Origin: Paraphysomonas bandaiensis
Lineage: Eukaryota; Protista; Chrysophyceae
DNA: 8,241 nt
Direction of reading: 5' to 3'
NCBI GenBank assembly: GCA_965644295.1
Contig: CBFFRP010000596.1
Location: 1-8,241 of the forward strand
Part shown: in pieces, positions 7,041 to 8,241 of the stretch
How positions within the stretch are numbered: position 1 is the stretch's first letter
Layout: each line of letters begins with the position of its first letter
Position numbers and translations under genes: made by a program
The notes under the pieces: model-generated
The model's input: only the letters and a program-made list of their open reading frames with translations
What the model was told of the DNA's origin: nothing
Databases searched by the model: none

Positions 7041-8241
7041 ATGTACAGCCAGAATACCTCTGAAATTGACATAGGTAGGAGCCTGATCACATATTCGTGT
7101 TCTATTCGTGATTTGAATTACTGTACAGATAACTCCTTAGGCGGGATGAATATACGAGACTATGGGATGACGAATCCTGGCGGGTATTCCCACACTAATC
7201 AAGCGCCAGTATTCGATACCGAAGATAAGCTCTCTCATGGTTTTGGAAATTTTTCTCAGGGCGGGCCTGGAGCACCTTACGATTATTTGGATAACCCTGC
7301 ACTGCGAAGAGTGCGAGACAGCCCGCCTTCTATGCAGAGGAATTTTTCCGATTCTCAAATTCATATAGGAAGAAAAGCCCCCGCTCTTGGTGGAAGCCCA
7401 CCGCAGCCTTCATCGCCAATAAAGCGTAATGAATCAACCTTTGTCATGGATATCTCACCTAGCGTGGTTGGATGGATAATTGGCCGTTCAGGGATTAGGA
7501 TTAAGGAAATCCAAGCCCAGACTGGGTGCAAGATGTGGGTTGATCAGGATGTACCCAACGATCAACCGCGGAAGATTTATTTCCACGGAACGAAACAGAA
7601 TATAGATTCTGCTGTGAACCGCGTGTCTGAACTAGTTCAGACGGCGCCAATCCTAGCCAGCGCAAGCGTCACGTCTGGAAAGAGTCTCACTAGTACAATT
7701 GTGGACTGCCCTGTTTCTCTTGTAGGCCTACTCATTGGCAAGCGAGGCTGGACTATAAAAAAGATACAGCAGGCGAGTGGTGCACAGATATCTATCAACC
7801 AATCTGTGCGAGAAGGCCTACCCCGTAAAATTATCGTTTCTGGTGATGAGTCAGCAGTTGCAACGGCACTCCACCTCATTGATGAAGTTCTCCGTGACAA
7901 GTCATTGGGAACTGAAAATGACCCCCGGGACCCATTGATTAGTGGCCATTATGCGCAACATAACGGGCACATCCCTCCACAGATGGATTACGCTGGCAGC
8001 AGACCGGGACGAACTGATTCTCCTGTATATGGGGCACACGGAAGTGGTGGGCCACTGAATGTTATGTACCGGCAACATGCCCAGTCCCATTCATCTTCCC
8101 CACCTTCCCACACAATGCACGGAGGTGCTGTTAGCGGACGCTATTCTTCCCCCCTTCGTTCACAGGAAAATTACGGTGAATACTCCACCTCTGCGCGCCG
8201 TGTGCCATCTATACTTCAGTCCCAGTATGAACAGCACCAGC
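7041..8241 (+). CDS. KH-domain RNA-binding protein (two type I KH domains), 3'-truncated by the window edge
   Basis: Manual translation gives an open frame from ATG 7041 (in-frame TAA at 7023) to the window end. KH1: MDISPSVVGWIIGRSGIRIKEIQAQTGCKMWVDQDVPNDQPRKIYFHG (from 7446). KH2: VDCPVSLVGLLIGKRGWTIKKIQQASGAQISINQSVREGLPRKIIVSG. Both have intact GxxG loops, followed by a S/P/G/H/Y-rich region. Start uncertain (7041 or 7146); possible in-frame intron from 7075 to 7128 or 7140. Confidence 0.92.
   Translation, partial: MYSQNTSEIDIGRSLITYSCSIRDLNYCTDNSLGGMNIRDYGMTNPGGYSHTNQAPVFDTEDKLSHGFGNFSQGGPGAPYDYLDNPALRRVRDSPPSMQRNFSDSQIHIGRKAPALGGSPPQPSSPIKRNESTFVMDISPSVVGWIIGRSGIRIKEIQAQTGCKMWVDQDVPNDQPRKIYFHGTKQNIDSAVNRVSELVQTAPILASASVTSGKSLTSTIVDCPVSLVGLLIGKRGWTIKKIQQASGAQISINQSVREGLPRKIIVSGDESAVATALHLIDEVLRDKSLGTENDPRDPLISGHYAQHNGHIPPQMDYAGSRPGRTDSPVYGAHGSGGPLNVMYRQHAQSHSSSPPSHTMHGGAVSGRYSSPLRSQENYGEYSTSARRVPSILQSQYEQHQ

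Noticed and set aside
7137-8090. Three minus-strand ORFs (75, 87 and 62 aa)
   Set aside because: Antisense to the clear KH-domain frame.

Overview
Eukaryotic chromosome end (TTAGGG-type telomere) read inward. It contains about 2 kb of perfect (CCCTAA)n (15-2034), a 70-75-bp AT-rich subtelomeric satellite (2033-3217), and a mosaic zone (3300-4100) with inverted and interstitial telomeric tracts and a diverged 163-bp duplication. Next is a single-ORF minus-strand 736-aa gene with a STAND/AAA+-like P-loop NTPase, an Mrr-like PD-(D/E)xK nuclease domain and an acidic tail (Crinkler/RHS 'CR effector'-like architecture). A divergent, 3'-truncated gene with two KH RNA-binding domains follows; it is missing from the ORF track. 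Most striking: an exact 44-bp copy of part of the NTPase-nuclease coding sequence (4975-5018) sits at 3842-3885, embedded between telomeric repeats. Family assignments come from reading motifs by eye; no searches were run.
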